From Macrostomum lignano (Eukaryota), in contig NIVC01003329.1 in assembly GCA_002269645.1 (NCBI GenBank), forward strand, positions 39,833 through 103,832: a stretch of 64,000 nucleotides of DNA, written 5' to 3'. How positions within the stretch are numbered: the stretch's first letter is position 1; each line of letters opens with the position of its first letter. Made by a program: the position numbers and the translations under genes. Positions 49,001 through 60,941 of this stretch are shown in pieces. The notes under the pieces were generated by a model. The model ran no database searches and had not been told where the DNA came from. It saw only the letters and a program-made list of their open reading frames with translations.

Positions 49001-52000
49001 CACCCCGAAGGGGGGCGCTAGATTGCTAGTTGAAATTATAAATGAATTTGTAGCACTTATAGTTCAACACTCACACCAAGTCAATTGAGTAAAAATTACA
49101 CGAGGCACTTATGACATACTCGTAATCAATTTCTTAGGCAAGTCAGTACCAGTCTATTAAAGTTAGCAATATGGTTACGCAAGATAAATCAAGTATTGTG
49201 CTATGCTTCCACACTGCGTTTTCGATACTGTGACGTAATTCAATTCAGTGTCAAAATTCAGCCAGTACAGAGACGATAAATAAAAGCCTATTTTTATGAT
49301 GCAATCTATTTCAGAATCAGAATTCAACCAGTCAGTTTTTTCTCTAGCATTCTTACAATGCATTTCAAGTCGAAAGAGCTGCTTGACCTTTGCAAAAAAG
49401 CATGTTTTTCGAATATTTAATCCCTTTAATATTGAGCAATTTCTTAGCCAAGATGCATGTACCGTCCCAGGAAAATTTCTGATCGAATGGTGCAAGTTCG
49501 AAGAAAATCGGTTGAGCCGTTTTTGCTAAAATCGATCACACACACACACACACATATACCGACAGACCATTTTTAGTATATTGGACTAGCCAATTCCAAC
49601 CCCCGTTGGGGCTTTCCGTCAGAACTCCTACCAAAGTTTTCCCACGCAAAAGAAATTCACCCAACTGAACCCCCCATCCAAAGAATCTCTCTGATGCAAA
49701 TAATCTCACATGCAAAAAACCCTCATCCAAAGAATCCCCATACAAAGAACCCCCCATCGACAGAATCCCCGAATCCGAAGAATTCCCCATTCAAGGAATC
49801 CTCTATCTGTAGAATTCCCTATTTAATGAATCGCCCATCCATAGAATCTCACATGCAAAGAATACCAATCCTTCCCGTCCCATCCCCATCCCATCCCATT
49901 GATAGAATCCCCGATCCGAAGAATTTCCCATTCAAGGAATCCTCCCATCTGAAGAATTCCCCGTCCAATGAATCCCTTATTCAAGAAATCCCCCATCCAC
50001 AGAAACCCTCTATCCAAAGAATCCCCCACCCATCCCTATCCAAAGAATCGCCCATCCATCCCTATCTAAAGAATCCCCCATCCATCCCTATCCCAAGAAT
50101 CCTCCTATTCATCCCTATCCAAAGAATTTCCCCATCCATTCCTATCTAAATAATCCCCCTAACCATCCATATTCAAAAAATTCCTTCTCTAAAAATCCCC
50201 CTCTAAAGAATTCACATCCTTAAATAATCCCCCATCAAAAGAATAATTGGCCAAAGAATCCAGAATCCCCTCATCTAAAGAACACCCGTTCAAATAACCC
50301 CCATCTAAAGAATCATTTATCTAAAGAACCCCCCATTCAAAAAACCCTCCATCGAAACAATGCCCCACCGAAGAAATTGCCCAAAAATTTATCCATTAGA
50401 AGCATCCCTCATCCAAAGAATCATCAATCCATAGAATTCCCCCAAGACTTAACATCTCAGCAATTTCCCCAAGCCTCGACACCTCAGAAATTTTCCCTAA
50501 GCATTGACATCTAAGCAGTTCCGGCGCAAGCCTTGACATGATACCAATTTCTCCCCGTCCAAAGCCTTGACATCTCAGTAATTCCCCTCCCCAAGCCTTG
50601 ATATCTCAGTAATTCTCCCAGTAAGCCTTGATATCTCAGTAATTCCTCCAGTAAGTCTTGACATCTCAGCAATTTCTCCCCGTCCAAAGCCTTGGCATCT
50701 TAGCGATTCCCCTCCCCGAGACTTAAGACCTCAGCAATTCCTTTTTAAGCCTTCACACCTCAGCAATTCCCCCCACAAGCCTTGACATCTCAGCGATTCC
50801 CCCACAAGCCTTGGCATCTCAGCAAGTCCCTCTTAAGCCTTCACATGTCATTAATTCCCCAAGGTAAGATTTTATACATGTATCTCAATAATTCCCCTTG
50901 TAAATCTTGACATCTTAAAATTCTCTTCCGAGCAAGCATCCCCCAAGAGCAAGCGTCCTTCCGATAGCAAGCATCCCCTGATAGAAAGTACCCCCAGCAA
51001 GATTAGTGAAGCAATTTCCTCAGCTAGCCAATTCCAACTCCCGTTGGGGCTTTCCGTCCAAACTCCAGCCACAGTTTTCCTACGCAATAAAATTTCACCC
51101 AACTGAATCTCCCATACAAAGAATCCCTCATCCAAAGAATACACCACCCATAAAATCCACGATACAAAGAATCTCACATGCAAAGAAGCCGCCATCCAAA
51201 AAACCTCCCATCGATAGAATCACCGATCCCAAGAATTCCCCATTCAAGGAATTCTCCTATCTGAAGAATTGCCCATCCATAGAATCTTACATGCAGAGAA
51301 TCCCCATCCAAAGAACCCCCATCGATAGAATCCCCGATCCAAAGAATCCCCCTATCCATCCCTATCCAAAAAATCCCCGACCTCCATCCATATCAAAAAA
51401 TCCCCCATCCACAGAACCCCTATCAATAGAATCCCGGATCCAAAGAATTTCCCATTCAAGGAATTCTCCTATCTGAAGAATTTCCCATCCAATGCATTGC
51501 CCATCCATAACATCTCACATGCAAAGAATCCCATTCAAAAGAATCCCTATTTAAAGAATCATCCACCCATTCATATCCAAAGAATCCCCCATCCATTCCT
51601 AACTAAAGAATCTCCCTCCAAAGAATCCCCATGCAAATAATCCACGTCCAAATAATCCCCATCCACAGAATCTCCATCCACATTATCCATTGATTCTCCC
51701 ATCAAAAGAATAACTGGCCAAAGAATACCTTCATCTAAAAAACCCGTTCAAAAAATTCACGTCCAAATAATCCCAATCAACAGAATCCCCCATTCAAGGA
51801 ATCCAAAGAATCTCCCATCCAAATAATCCGCCCATTAATAGAATTCTTGGCCAAAGAATCCCCTCATCTCCTCGAGATATCCATTAGAAGCATCTCTCGT
51901 TCAAAGATTCCCCAATCCATAGAATTCCCCCCCCAAGACTTAACATCTCAGCAATTCCCACCAAGCCTTGACACCTCAGAAATTCACTCTTAAGCCTTGG

Positions 52001-54211
52001 CATCTCAGTAATTCTCTCAGTAAGCCCTTATATCTCAGTAATTCCCCCAGTAAGTCTTGACATCTCAGCAATTCCCCTCACGTCTTGATATTTCAGCAAT
52101 TCCGCCATCCAAAAAACCTCCCATCGATAGAATCACCGATCCCAAGAATTCCCCATTCAAGGAATTCTCCTATCTGAAGAATTGCCCATCCATAGAATCT
52201 TACATGCAGAGAATCCCCATCCAAAGAACCCCCATCGATAGAATCCCCGATCCAAAGAATCCCCCTATCCATCCCTATCCAAAAAATCCCCGATTCAAAA
52301 ATTTTTGAATATGGACTACATGAATACTCGTAGCTTCTCTTCTACCTGATTTCCCTGACGTTTTTTTAGTTTTCTTTAGCTAAAAAGTTTAAAATTAATT
52401 TTTTTTAATAAAAAAGCTTTTACAAATTAAAAATTCGAACCCACGTCGCTGCATTAGCAGGTCAGTCTGTTTACCTCTAGGCTAGCTCTCATCGTTTTGA
52501 TAACATAAATCGTCGCACTTATATAATTCAACACTTTCAAAACTCCACGCACAGAGTAAATCACGCGAAGCAGTTATGACATAATTTCTCAGCCAGTCTA
52601 TCAGTTTCAAATAAAGTCACCAATATGGTTACGCAATCTAAATCTAAATTCAATGGCGCTGGCTTGAATGTATCAGTTTCAAATAAAGTCACCAATATGG
52701 TTACGCAATCTAAATCTAAATTCAATGGCGCTGGCTTGAATTGTGGAGTTGCGATAAAGTAGGGGTTTGCGATATTGGAGAGCGTACAATGAGTATATAA
52801 AGTAAAGTTCATAGGAATTTTCTTTTTAATGATGTGCTTTTAATTTTTCGAATCTAAGCAAAAAATTATATTCCCGAACTCAGCGTTTCAAGCTCTTTCT
52901 AGCAATACAAGGCTCTCTTCTGAAAGTAAAAAACTCGAAGCACAAACAACGATTGAACATTCCTGCTATAAAGCATTCAAATTCATAAGGTGTACATTCA
53001 GCGCTAGCTACAGTGAGAGGCCTGCAAGTTGATGCATTGAAATTAACAACCAAGCCAGCCCATGAATAATTGAATAGCGACACCCGCCCCTCAATTAAAA
53101 TGTGTTGCGCAACCTTTCAACGCTTGTAGCTCTCCACGCGAGTGTAGAGAACCAATGCTATAGTTGGCACTGAGTTATGATGCAATACAATTCCATCGGC
53201 AGTCAGACTGCTTCTCAATCGGAAAGAACTGTTTGAACTTTAAAAAACAGGGAGAAAATCGAGTTTTTCGAATATTTAAGCCCGAAAAAATGAAGCAATT
53301 TCTTAGCAAAATTTTGTGTACCAGCGCACCATCAATACGCATCGAATGCAGAAAACCCCACGAAATTCCGACTATGTAGAGTCAAGTTAAGCAAAGGTTC
53401 CTATAGGTACATAGTTTTGATTTTTAGTATATTGGACTAGCTAATTAGAGCTGGCTGCCAGCAGCCAGAATAATTTTTATTGCCCCCCCCTTTAAGTGGG
53501 GCCCAGTGAGTTTTCTTATCAGTTGGCTCTGGCGCAATCAATTAAAAATGACTGTGAAGTTTCTCGCTGATAAAATTTGCATTGAAAAAGCCCATTTAAA
53601 ACAGTTTTTCGAATATTTAATCCCTTCAGCATTGAAGCAGATACAAGAAATTTTAACCATACAATCCCAGGCTGATTAGAAATCTTTTGGCGAAAACGCG
53701 ATCAAAATCGGTCGAGAATTGCTCGCTCTAGAGCGTTATGGACAAGCATACAAATATTAGAGATTTAGTATGTCCAAAAAACTGGGTCCAAGTCTCATGG
53801 AGCAGTTGCTAACGGAAAGCCACATGGCTAGTGGCTTTCCGTTAGCAACTGCTCCATGAGACTTGGACCCAGTTTGGACATTGAATAACATGGGTACGAG
53901 CGTATGTAGAGTCCAAGGTTGAGCAATGTGACCGCGCTGTAACTTCAGGCCTCTGGGTTGGAATCTCGATCATCACCCTGCTGGAGATGGTAGAGCTTCT
54001 TGTCCAAATCCTGGTCCTGTCCGCATCCAAGCTGCAGTCGGGCGGCGGGCAGCAGGTGCAACCACTCCAGGGCTCGCACCTCCAGGACACGGAGTCACGT
54101 GACATCTATTCCTCCAAATTGGACTTGGATTGCAAGAAATCAACGGATCTGGAATCGGTTCGGGCCATGGAACAGCCGCAGTGCATTGAGACGCTTGGAA
54201 ATGAGCAGTGA
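31032..54211 (+). CDS. DEG/ENaC-family ion channel subunit, 614 aa; join(31032..31377,31467..31716,31793..31953,32172..32491,32594..33098,53949..54211)
   Basis: Pre-TM1 [11 protein letters not shown]1, FPTVTI, CLSFN, GLYLVL, GFRVALH, Cys-rich thumb, SDLGGILG|[12 protein letters not shown] (TM2, GxS filter). All splice phases agree and the CDS is 1845 nt with no frameshift. Confidence 0.93.
33565..35495. repeat. Helitron-internal tandem arrays: AGCAAGCATCC-based (33565-34400) and 24-bp TCAAGTGCAGTAATCCTTGGTTTA (34465-35495)
   Basis: The same arrays occur reverse-complemented at 36325-36454/40744-41720 and 41750-42075. Confidence 0.92.
36196..36254 (+). other. tRNA-Ser(GCT)-like Pol III promoter segment in the Helitron body; other copies at 35591-35650 (-) and 52433-52491 (-)
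   Basis: A-box-like TAGCCTAGAG, anticodon-arm-like GACTGCTAAT, B box GGTTCGAATC. No acceptor-stem 3' half, so not a tRNA gene. Confidence 0.55.
36683..37707 (+). CDS. Ngaro gag-like ORF1: SAP domain, coiled coil, C-terminal CCCH/CCHH zinc fingers; one frame break between ~36967 and 37150
   Basis: [29 protein letters not shown] (SAP); [34 protein letters not shown]. Confidence 0.8.
37596..40235 (+). CDS. Ngaro ORF2: (AGPA)n linker, reverse transcriptase and DIRS-type RNase H
   Basis: Frame open from 37596. [38 protein letters not shown]; RNase [25 protein letters not shown]. Confidence 0.9.
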   Translation, partial: QQRLSQTHLQFRPHLPHLRREPLKAATQLGGCRIKKLSKEAGRGGTSFSPKRTASDRQSKILIPCETAARTATGPAARPATRLAARPATRPAARPASRPAARHATRPATRPAAGPAAGPAAGPTAGPAAVPAAGPAAGPAAVPAAGPAAGPAAGPAAGPAAGPAAGPAAGPAAGPAAVPAAGPAAGPAAGPAAGPAAGPAAGPAAGPAAGPAAGPAAGPAAGPAAGPAAGPAAGPAAGPAAGPAAGPAAGPAAGPAAGPAAGPAAGPAAGPAAGPAAGPAAGPAAGPAAGAAAGPVAGPVAALRKRWPLLTAAWTPVLLGDSDAEFLIAGIRDGFRITDAAPTSESQLENHASARCEANRNAVELQIREEVVAGRYISATDLGIARPTIISPLGAVPKADGAIRLIHDASAPQGNSLNDLYKPRQKMKFANVEDLTRQLAPSWFISKVDLRHAYRSVQVHPDCYKATGLRWTFELDGQPTYLVDTRLPFGAAASVNIFHRLTQAVKRFMYRQFSHLSKFVVIAYLDDFCIAARDYEVCLQLHNFLLVTLQRLGFEINWAKTQSPATSVTFLGVQIDTLTGLLSLPAKKMDGLRELLQDCANSKSLQKRRLQHLVGKLNWFCKVAKPAKALLRALLEITIAIPEQHHRVPVRGELLAQLQFWQHAIPVFPTDKLWRRARVLAAVETDACVSAGGMILSTSDGQREFRLVDFCSDAGGIFLSEHINAKETVLPLLAIILFQEQLAGGKVACYVDSSAAVGTINRGASSNPIVMTLLKTATLAALRHDFQFRAHHMPGSWQLLSDPLSRCLTHPRHMLLFLLRYFGRAKAQPEDLRRACLNESTAARLLEQASLALSPGLWRSSRAERVATAEADPELRYES
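37805..38490. repeat. 12-bp (GCCGGCCCTGCT)n coding repeat inside Ngaro ORF2
   Basis: About 57 units, in frame as TRPA/AGPA. Confidence 0.95.
42591..43000 (-). CDS. Small 76-aa CCHC zinc-knuckle / poly-Q protein; complement(join(42591..42766,42946..43000))
   Basis: [34 protein letters not shown]...QQQQ...HK*. C|GTAAGT donor, TTTCATAG acceptor, 231-nt CDS, two AATAAA downstream. Confidence 0.65.
44009..45173 (+). CDS. RPA70-like ssDNA-binding protein with two OB folds; exons 44009..44436 and 44775..45173, 3' end unresolved
   Basis: [26 protein letters not shown] (DBD-A-like) and [38 protein letters not shown] (DBD-B-like); phase-2 GT-AG intron is consistent. Confidence 0.82.
45853..46540. repeat. 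Two adjacent 25-bp tandem arrays inside Helitron B
   Basis: (CAGTGCATTCTAAGAATCCCTTCCA)x~4 then (GAGAATGTCAGCTAATGGGATTTCT)x~22. Confidence 0.92.
49586..53436 (-). mobile_element. Non-autonomous Helitron D, head-to-tail with C, with an internally duplicated 3' end at 51024
   Basis: 5' TCCAATATACTAAAAATC at 53436. 3' GCCCCAACGGGGGTTGGAATTGGCTAG ends at 49586 directly before C's TC; a second copy of this terminus ends at 51024. Shares the tRNA-like segment; AAGAATCCCC and GACATCTCAG arrays. Confidence 0.75.
53437..53763 (-). mobile_element. Mini-Helitron E (327 bp), head-to-tail with D
   Basis: A|TCTCTAATATTTGTATGCTTGTCC..CTCGACCGATTTTGATC 5' end. 3' hairpin CTGGCTGC-TG-GCAGCCAG then CTAG abutting D's TC. 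Confidence 0.72.
53779..53875. other. Perfect inverted repeat: 45-bp stem, 7-nt loop
   Basis: 53779-53823 is the exact reverse complement of 53831-53875; loop ATGGCTA. Confidence 0.97.
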
Positions 54212-55177
54212 ATATGACTATTGTCCGTTTCGAGGGTTTTGGCCTTTCCGGCTATAAATGATTAAATTGGAGAAAAACTTTTGAATGGAAACTTGCCTGT
54301 GTAACCACTGACCACCCACGCATGCTTATTCCGTCCTTCATGTCTATCTTCCTATCCAAGATTATTTTCTAGCTGGCGGAGTTGCACATGAAATTTATAT
54401 ATTTTAACCTTTACTGCTCACACACCCCGGTTCAATCAGTGGAGCTTGTCCAGCAAGTTATTTAACTATTGCCACACCTGAGCAAAATTCTTATTAAATC
54501 TACTCGACATAAAATACAAAAACTTCTCACTCAACCTGAAGTAATATTTTTGCACTGTGCGAACACCTGGCTTTTCCAATGAAGTCACACGAGCGGCTGG
54601 TGAAGTTTCAAGTTGCTATTTATTTTGCTGGGACAACGTCAACTTCAAGCCAGCCGAGACTGGGTATGCTGCAGCCCACTACCGGTGAGTTGAACGGCAC
54701 TGAGTGCGGTCACTTTTCTAAAACATCGATCACGAATGCGTCTAAAATCTGATCGCTCTGATGACTGAGCATCTCATGCCCTGATCTCTTTCAAAAGGCT
54801 CTTTGTTTCTTTGTTTAAATCCATTAATAAAGAACTTTTAAACCAGAGTTTCAGTGGCAACAATGGTCTTCGAACAGACGAACTCTGAAAGCAATGGGCA
54901 AGATTTTTGTCATCTGATCTCCTTGTACCCTGCTCAAACTTGTTTTAGCATCCCTGCCAAGAAGTGATTCTGTTTGGAAATTTTAGAAATTGATATCGTA
55001 GAGAATTTGAAAAAATTGTTGAAGTCGTTAAGCAGACATGCTTTGTTTCAATGCTCAGCTCAATGAGCTGAGTCTGTCGCACTAAGGAGCTGCACGAAAT
55101 GCATAATATGAAATGTGTAATAAACAGCCGGATGGAGCTCTCGCTTGCTCGCATCTAAATGCTCATCGCTTGTAGTT

Positions 55178-55917
55178 CTGGTGTGGCATGGCATACTACT
55201 GGTGTGGCATGACATACTACTGGTGTGGCATGGCATACTACTGGTGTGGCATGACATACTACTGGTGTGGCATGACATACTACTGGTGTGGCATGACATA
55301 CTACTGGTGTGGCATGACATACTACTGGTGTGGCATGACATACTACTGGTGTGGCATGACATACTACTGGTGTGGCATGACATACTACTGGTGTGGCATG
55401 GCATACTACTGGTGTGGCATGACATACTACTGGTGTGGCATGGCATACTACTGGTGTGGCATGACATACTACTGGTGTGGCATGGCATACTACTGGTGTG
55501 GCATGACATACTACTGGTGTGGCATGACATACTACTGGTGTGGCATGACATACTACTGGTGTGGCATGACATACTACTGGTGTGGCATGACATACTACTG
55601 GTGTGGCATGACATACTACTGATGTGGCATGACATACTACTGGTGTGGCATGACATACTACTGGTGTGGCATGACATACTACTGGTGTGGCATGACATAC
55701 TACTGGTGTGGCATGACATACTACTGGTGTGACATGACATACTACTGGTGTGGCATGACATACTACTGGTGTGGCATGACATACTACTGGTGTGGCATGA
55801 CATACTACTGATGTGGCATGGCATACTACTGGTGTGGCATGACATACTACTGGTGTGGCATGGCATACTACTGGTGTGGCATGGCATACTACTGGTGTGG
55901 CATGACATACTACTGGT
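55178..55917. repeat. 21-bp (TGGTGTGGCATGACATACTAC)n minisatellite
   Basis: About 35 units. Confidence 0.97.
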
Positions 55918-56589
55918 GGTGCCAGCATTCTTAATTCATTATCTATGGAGACTGCCCCATCTTTTTTTGAAAAAGTTGAATGAATAAAAATAGTTTCCGA
56001 TGTAAGGATAGCTAACAAAGCAGTGACATCGCCCCCCCCAAAATGAACTATTAAATAAAGAGCCTACTAAATAGGCGTGAACGGTCAAAGCTGTAGGTTA
56101 AAAACATTCAAAACTTTTTTATACACCTGAAGCACCCAAAAGCCTCTTAGCTGCTTCGTTGTGAACTTTGCTCATCGCAACGAATCTGGCCAATTCAAAG
56201 TCCACGCAGCCTCGCCGCTGTTTGCCAACAATCCTGGAATTCATTTCACCTCGCAGCCTGTCGGACTGCTGGGGCTGCCCAGCCGGGCGATCCGCTGCCT
56301 CCACCCTCCGCATTCCTCAGCACCGGCGGGTGTGGCGAGTGGCGGCCGGATTTTGATTCAGTTTTCAGAGAAAACAACACCCGAGAGCCGGGGCCGCTCG
56401 CTAAAACCAGTCCAAGATGAAGCTTTGCACAGCCCTTGCAGTTCAGTCCGGGTAACCGGAGTTCGAGTTTGATAAAATTGATTGATATTCGGATATTTAT
56501 GGAAAATATTTCATCTTTATTGGTACAGTACAAAATGAACTGCTGGTCTATTCCATAGACAAAGTAAAGGAGTGGATTGCTAATCTACA

Positions 56590-58222
56590 TGGATGCACTG
56601 GATAAGGATTACAAGGATTGCTAATCTATGCACTGGATAAAGTAATGGCATGGATTGCTAGTCTATGCACTGGATGAAGGAATGGCATGGATTGCTAGTC
56701 TATGCACTGGATGAAGGAATGGCATGGATTGCTAGTCTATGCACTGGATAAAGGAATGGCATGGATTGCTAGTCTATGCACTGGATAAAGGAATAACATG
56801 GAATGCTAGTCTATGCACTGGATAAAGTAATGGCATGGATTGCTAATCTATGTACTGGATAAAGTAATGGCATGGATTGCTAATCTATGCACTGGATAAA
56901 GTAATGGCATGGATTGCTAGTCTATGCACTGGATGAAGGAATGGCATGGATTGCTAGTCTATGCACTGGATAAAGGAATAACATGGAATGCTAGTCTATG
57001 CACTGGATAAAGTAATGGCATGGATTGCTAGTCTATGTACTGGATAAAGTAATGGCATGGATTGCTAATCTATGCACTGGATAAAGTAATGGCATGGATT
57101 GCTAATCTATGTACTGGATAAAGTAATGGCATGGATTGCTAATCTATGCACTGGATAAAGTAATGGCATGGATTGCTAGTCTATGCACTGGATGAAGGAA
57201 TGGCATGGATTGCTAGTCTATGCACTGGATAAAGGAATAACATGGAATGCTAGTCTATGCACTGGATAAAGTAATGGCATGGATTGCTAATCTATGTACT
57301 GGATAAAGTAATGGCATGGATTGCTAATCTATGTACTGGATAAAGTAATGGCATGGATTGCTAATCTATGCACTGGATAAAGTAATGGCATGGATTGCTA
57401 ATCTATGTACTGGATAAAGTAATGGCATGGATTGCTAATCTATGCACTGGATAAAGTAATGGCATGGATTGCTAATCTATGTACTGGATAAAGTAATGGC
57501 ATGGATTGCTAATCTATGCACTGGATAAAGTAATGGCATGGATTGCTAATCTATGTACTGGATAAAGTAATGGCATGGATTGCTAATCTATGCACTGGAT
57601 AAAGTAATGGCATGGATTGCTAATCTATGTACTGGATAAAGTAATGGCATGGATTGCTAATCTATGCACTGGATAAAGTAATGGCATGGATTGCTAATCT
57701 ATGTACTGGATAAAGTAATGGCATGGATTGCTAATCTATGTACTGGATAAAGTAATGGCATGGATTGCTAATCTATGCACTGGATAAAGTAATGGCATGG
57801 ATTGCTAATCTATGCACTGGATAAAGTAATGGCATGGATTGCTAATCTATGCACTGGATAAAGTAATGGCATGGATTGCTAATCTATGTACTGGATAAAG
57901 TAATGGCATGGATTGCTAATCTATGTACTGGATAAAGTAATGGCATGGATTGCTAATCTATGCACTGGATAAAGTAATGGCATGGATTGCTAATCTATGT
58001 ACTGGATAAAGTAATGGCATGGATTGCTAATCTATGTACTGGATAAAGTAATGGCATGGATTGCTAATCTATGCACTGGATAAAGTAATGGCATGGATTG
58101 CTAATCTATGTACTGGATAAAGTAATGGCATGGATTGCTAATCTATGCACTGGATAAAGTAATGGCATGGATTGCTAATCTATGCACTGGATAAAGTAAT
58201 GGCATGGATTGCTAGTCTATGC
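56590..58222. repeat. 37-bp minisatellite (GGATAAAGTAATGGCATGGATTGCTAATCTATGCACT)n
   Basis: About 44 contiguous units, no spacers. Confidence 0.97.
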
Positions 58223-58664
58223 TAGTTTATCTACCGCAAGAATAAAAATATTAAATAAATCTGTAACTGTAACGTTATACTGTTTCTAAGAAATCATATT
58301 GATTATTCATTGCGAAGGCACTTCAAAGCCCCACAAACCCTAGGATTTTCTGCAAGCGGCACCACAGAAGCGCAGAGCCAATGAGCGCTTGCCGCCTCTG
58401 GGCAGCCAATGGTTGCCAGGGGATTCAGAGCGAAATTGCTCAGCTGAGTAGCTGAGTGAAAAGCAGCGTTTGCGCCGCAGCCAGAGCTTGTCTCCGAGGC
58501 GGATATCGAACTGCAGTTGTTGAAGGTCATGGTGAGTTTATTTGAGCAATTATTGATTCCAACTCTTGGCCTTGTGTCACACAGCTGTGAGACCGCGATG
58601 GAACAATAGCCAGTCTAATTATTATGATTTTTAGTATTGGCTTTCGTGTTAAACGGGCAAGGCA

Positions 58665-59205
58665 CAGGATAGAGAGGGGAGAGAGGGTAGGGAGGGATAG
58701 ACAGAAATAGACAGGGGTAGATGGGATAAACAGGAATAGACAGGGATAGACAGGGATAGATATGGATAGACAGGGATAGATAGGGATAGACAGGGATAGA
58801 CAGGGATAGACAGGGATAGACAAGGATAGACAGGGATAGATAGGGATAGATAGGGATAGACAGGGATAGGCAGGGATAGATAGGGATAGATAGGGATAGA
58901 TAGGGATAGACAGGGATAGACAGGGATAGGCAGGGATAGATAGGGATAGATAGGGATAGACAGGGATAGGCAGGGATAGATAGGGATAGACAGGGATAGA
59001 CAGGGATAGGCATGGATGGACAAGGATAGATAGGGATGGACAGGGATGGACAGGGATGGACAGGGATGGACAGGGATGGACAGGGATGGACAGGGATGGA
59101 CAGGGATGGACAGGAATAGATAGGGATAGACGGGGATAGACAGGGATAGGCAGGGTAGACAGGGATAGACAGAAATAGACAGGGATAGGCAGGGATAGAC
59201 AGAGT
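58665..59205. repeat. 10-bp (GGGATAGACA)n repeat
   Basis: Visible tandem units. Confidence 0.95.
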
Positions 59206-59623
59206 AGACAGGGAAAGAGGCAATGACAGACAAAAAAGCCAAGCAGAGGACAGGCGGTGGTACAAGAGAGGACAGAAAGGCCTGCCCACCGAGGACAAGT
59301 ATGCTCGGCAAAAAAGTTGAGTCCTCGAAGTACCCAGCGCCTAAACCTGGATAGGGAGTGAATCCCCAGACAGCCGTGACTGAAAAGAGGCCGCGGGCAG
59401 TGAGGATTCGAGTTCCTCTGCTGCGGTGCATCTCGCAGCTTTGCTCGCGAAGCTGTCTGAGAAGGGCAGGGCGGAAAGTGAATAATTCAGTGCTTTGCAG
59501 CTCTGGAGCTGGAGAACTTTGCCTGGCAGAATGATGAAGCGGGGGAGACTGTGGGGAAACAGCCGCTCTAGATGCTAAGTAGGTTGAAATCCCAGATGCA
59601 TTGGTAAGCCATCTTAATGGATA

Positions 59624-59975
<352 letters not shown>

Positions 59976-60941
59976 ACACACGGTGGATATGATCAGCGTC
60001 ATAATAAATGTCCCTCCCAGCCAGTCAGTCCACAGCCCATGACTCACAGTCGCCATGTCCATCCCGTCTTTCCTTCGCCCCTGTCTGCCATCATCGCTCA
60101 TAATCCCTCGGGTGCTCATAAACAGGGCGGTAATTGAATTCCGCTCTGACAGCCACAGCCCTGCGCCGCGCTCTCAAAGGGATTAGCGGAGTCAGGCAAG
60201 GCGACTTGCGGCCCACCCGCCTCCCTCAGAGGAGCTGGCCGGGTGACTCAGCCGCTGCCCCAGCCGGTGCTTGTCGCTGACCTTGCCGAGGTGAGCCGCT
60301 GAGTCGGGCCGGCCGAAGTCAGAATTGATTTATGAGCCACCGCTGCCTCGGCGCCTCTGGGCTCTCGACTGATCGCGTCTTCATGCAAATTCTGAGTGTA
60401 AGAAGTGAAAGTTGAGGATGAGTCTGCGGTGCGGTATTCCCATTGATGAAGTGGAGGCAATGCTCGAGAATCGATCGAGTCGCTGACGCGGCGTTGAAGT
60501 TCCTTATGTAATGAATGATATTTGGAGTCATTTCAAACGAACGCAGGGTTCAGCACTGGCTGAAATTGAGATCTTTGTCTCTCCGTAGATGTTTTTCACT
60601 CTCGTGCAGCATGTAATTCAAATTTTGCAGAGTTGCGACCTTGAAAAAATCCACCGATAGCGGCGGGATCCATAAAGTTTTCTATAAAACTGTGAAGCTC
60701 TTGTACGTACTTGTTGTCGCGCGATTCAAACCCATGAGGGTACGTACTTGTTGTCGCGCGATTCAAACCCATGAGGGCAAACCCGAGCATGCCTGACGAT
60801 TAGAAAGCCAGGGGCGCTGTACACCCTGTGTGAGCGAGTGCATGAGTTTGTGCCTGCGCACAGCGCTGGCTGTGGGGTTCACTAATGAGTTCTCGCAAAG
60901 ACTTGAGTTACCCTGGGTTTCTCCCGACTTTCCGACCCCAG

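Larger units (their letters stand above)
35651..49029 (+). mobile_element. Helitron B (13,379 bp), gene-carrying, non-autonomous
   Basis: A|TCTAATATACTAAAAATGGTCTGTTTGTGTG...AAACGGCTCAACCGATTTT 5' end. 3' hairpin CCCCGAAGGGG then CTAG|T at 49026-49030. No TSD and no Rep/Helicase ORF seen. Confidence 0.87.
33302..49585 (-). mobile_element. Non-autonomous Helitron C (2905 bp itself), split by Helitron B
   Basis: 5' TCCAATATACTAAAAATGGTCTG at 49585. 3' hairpin GCGCCCCGAAGGGGGGCCGC then CTAG at 33305-33302 followed by T. The two halves (33302-35650 and 49030-49585) join into a sequence colinear with the body of Helitron B. Confidence 0.85.

Noticed and set aside
42150-49029. Helitron Rep/Helicase coding sequence
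   Set aside because: No HUH or PIF1 helicase motifs seen and no long ORF; the short ORFs at 46920-47246 and 48598-48810 are unrecognised
54540-55154. Possible degraded transposase after the DEG/ENaC gene; similar coding-like patches at 13277-13660 and 60248-60790
   Set aside because: Many stops in all frames and no motif I can identify
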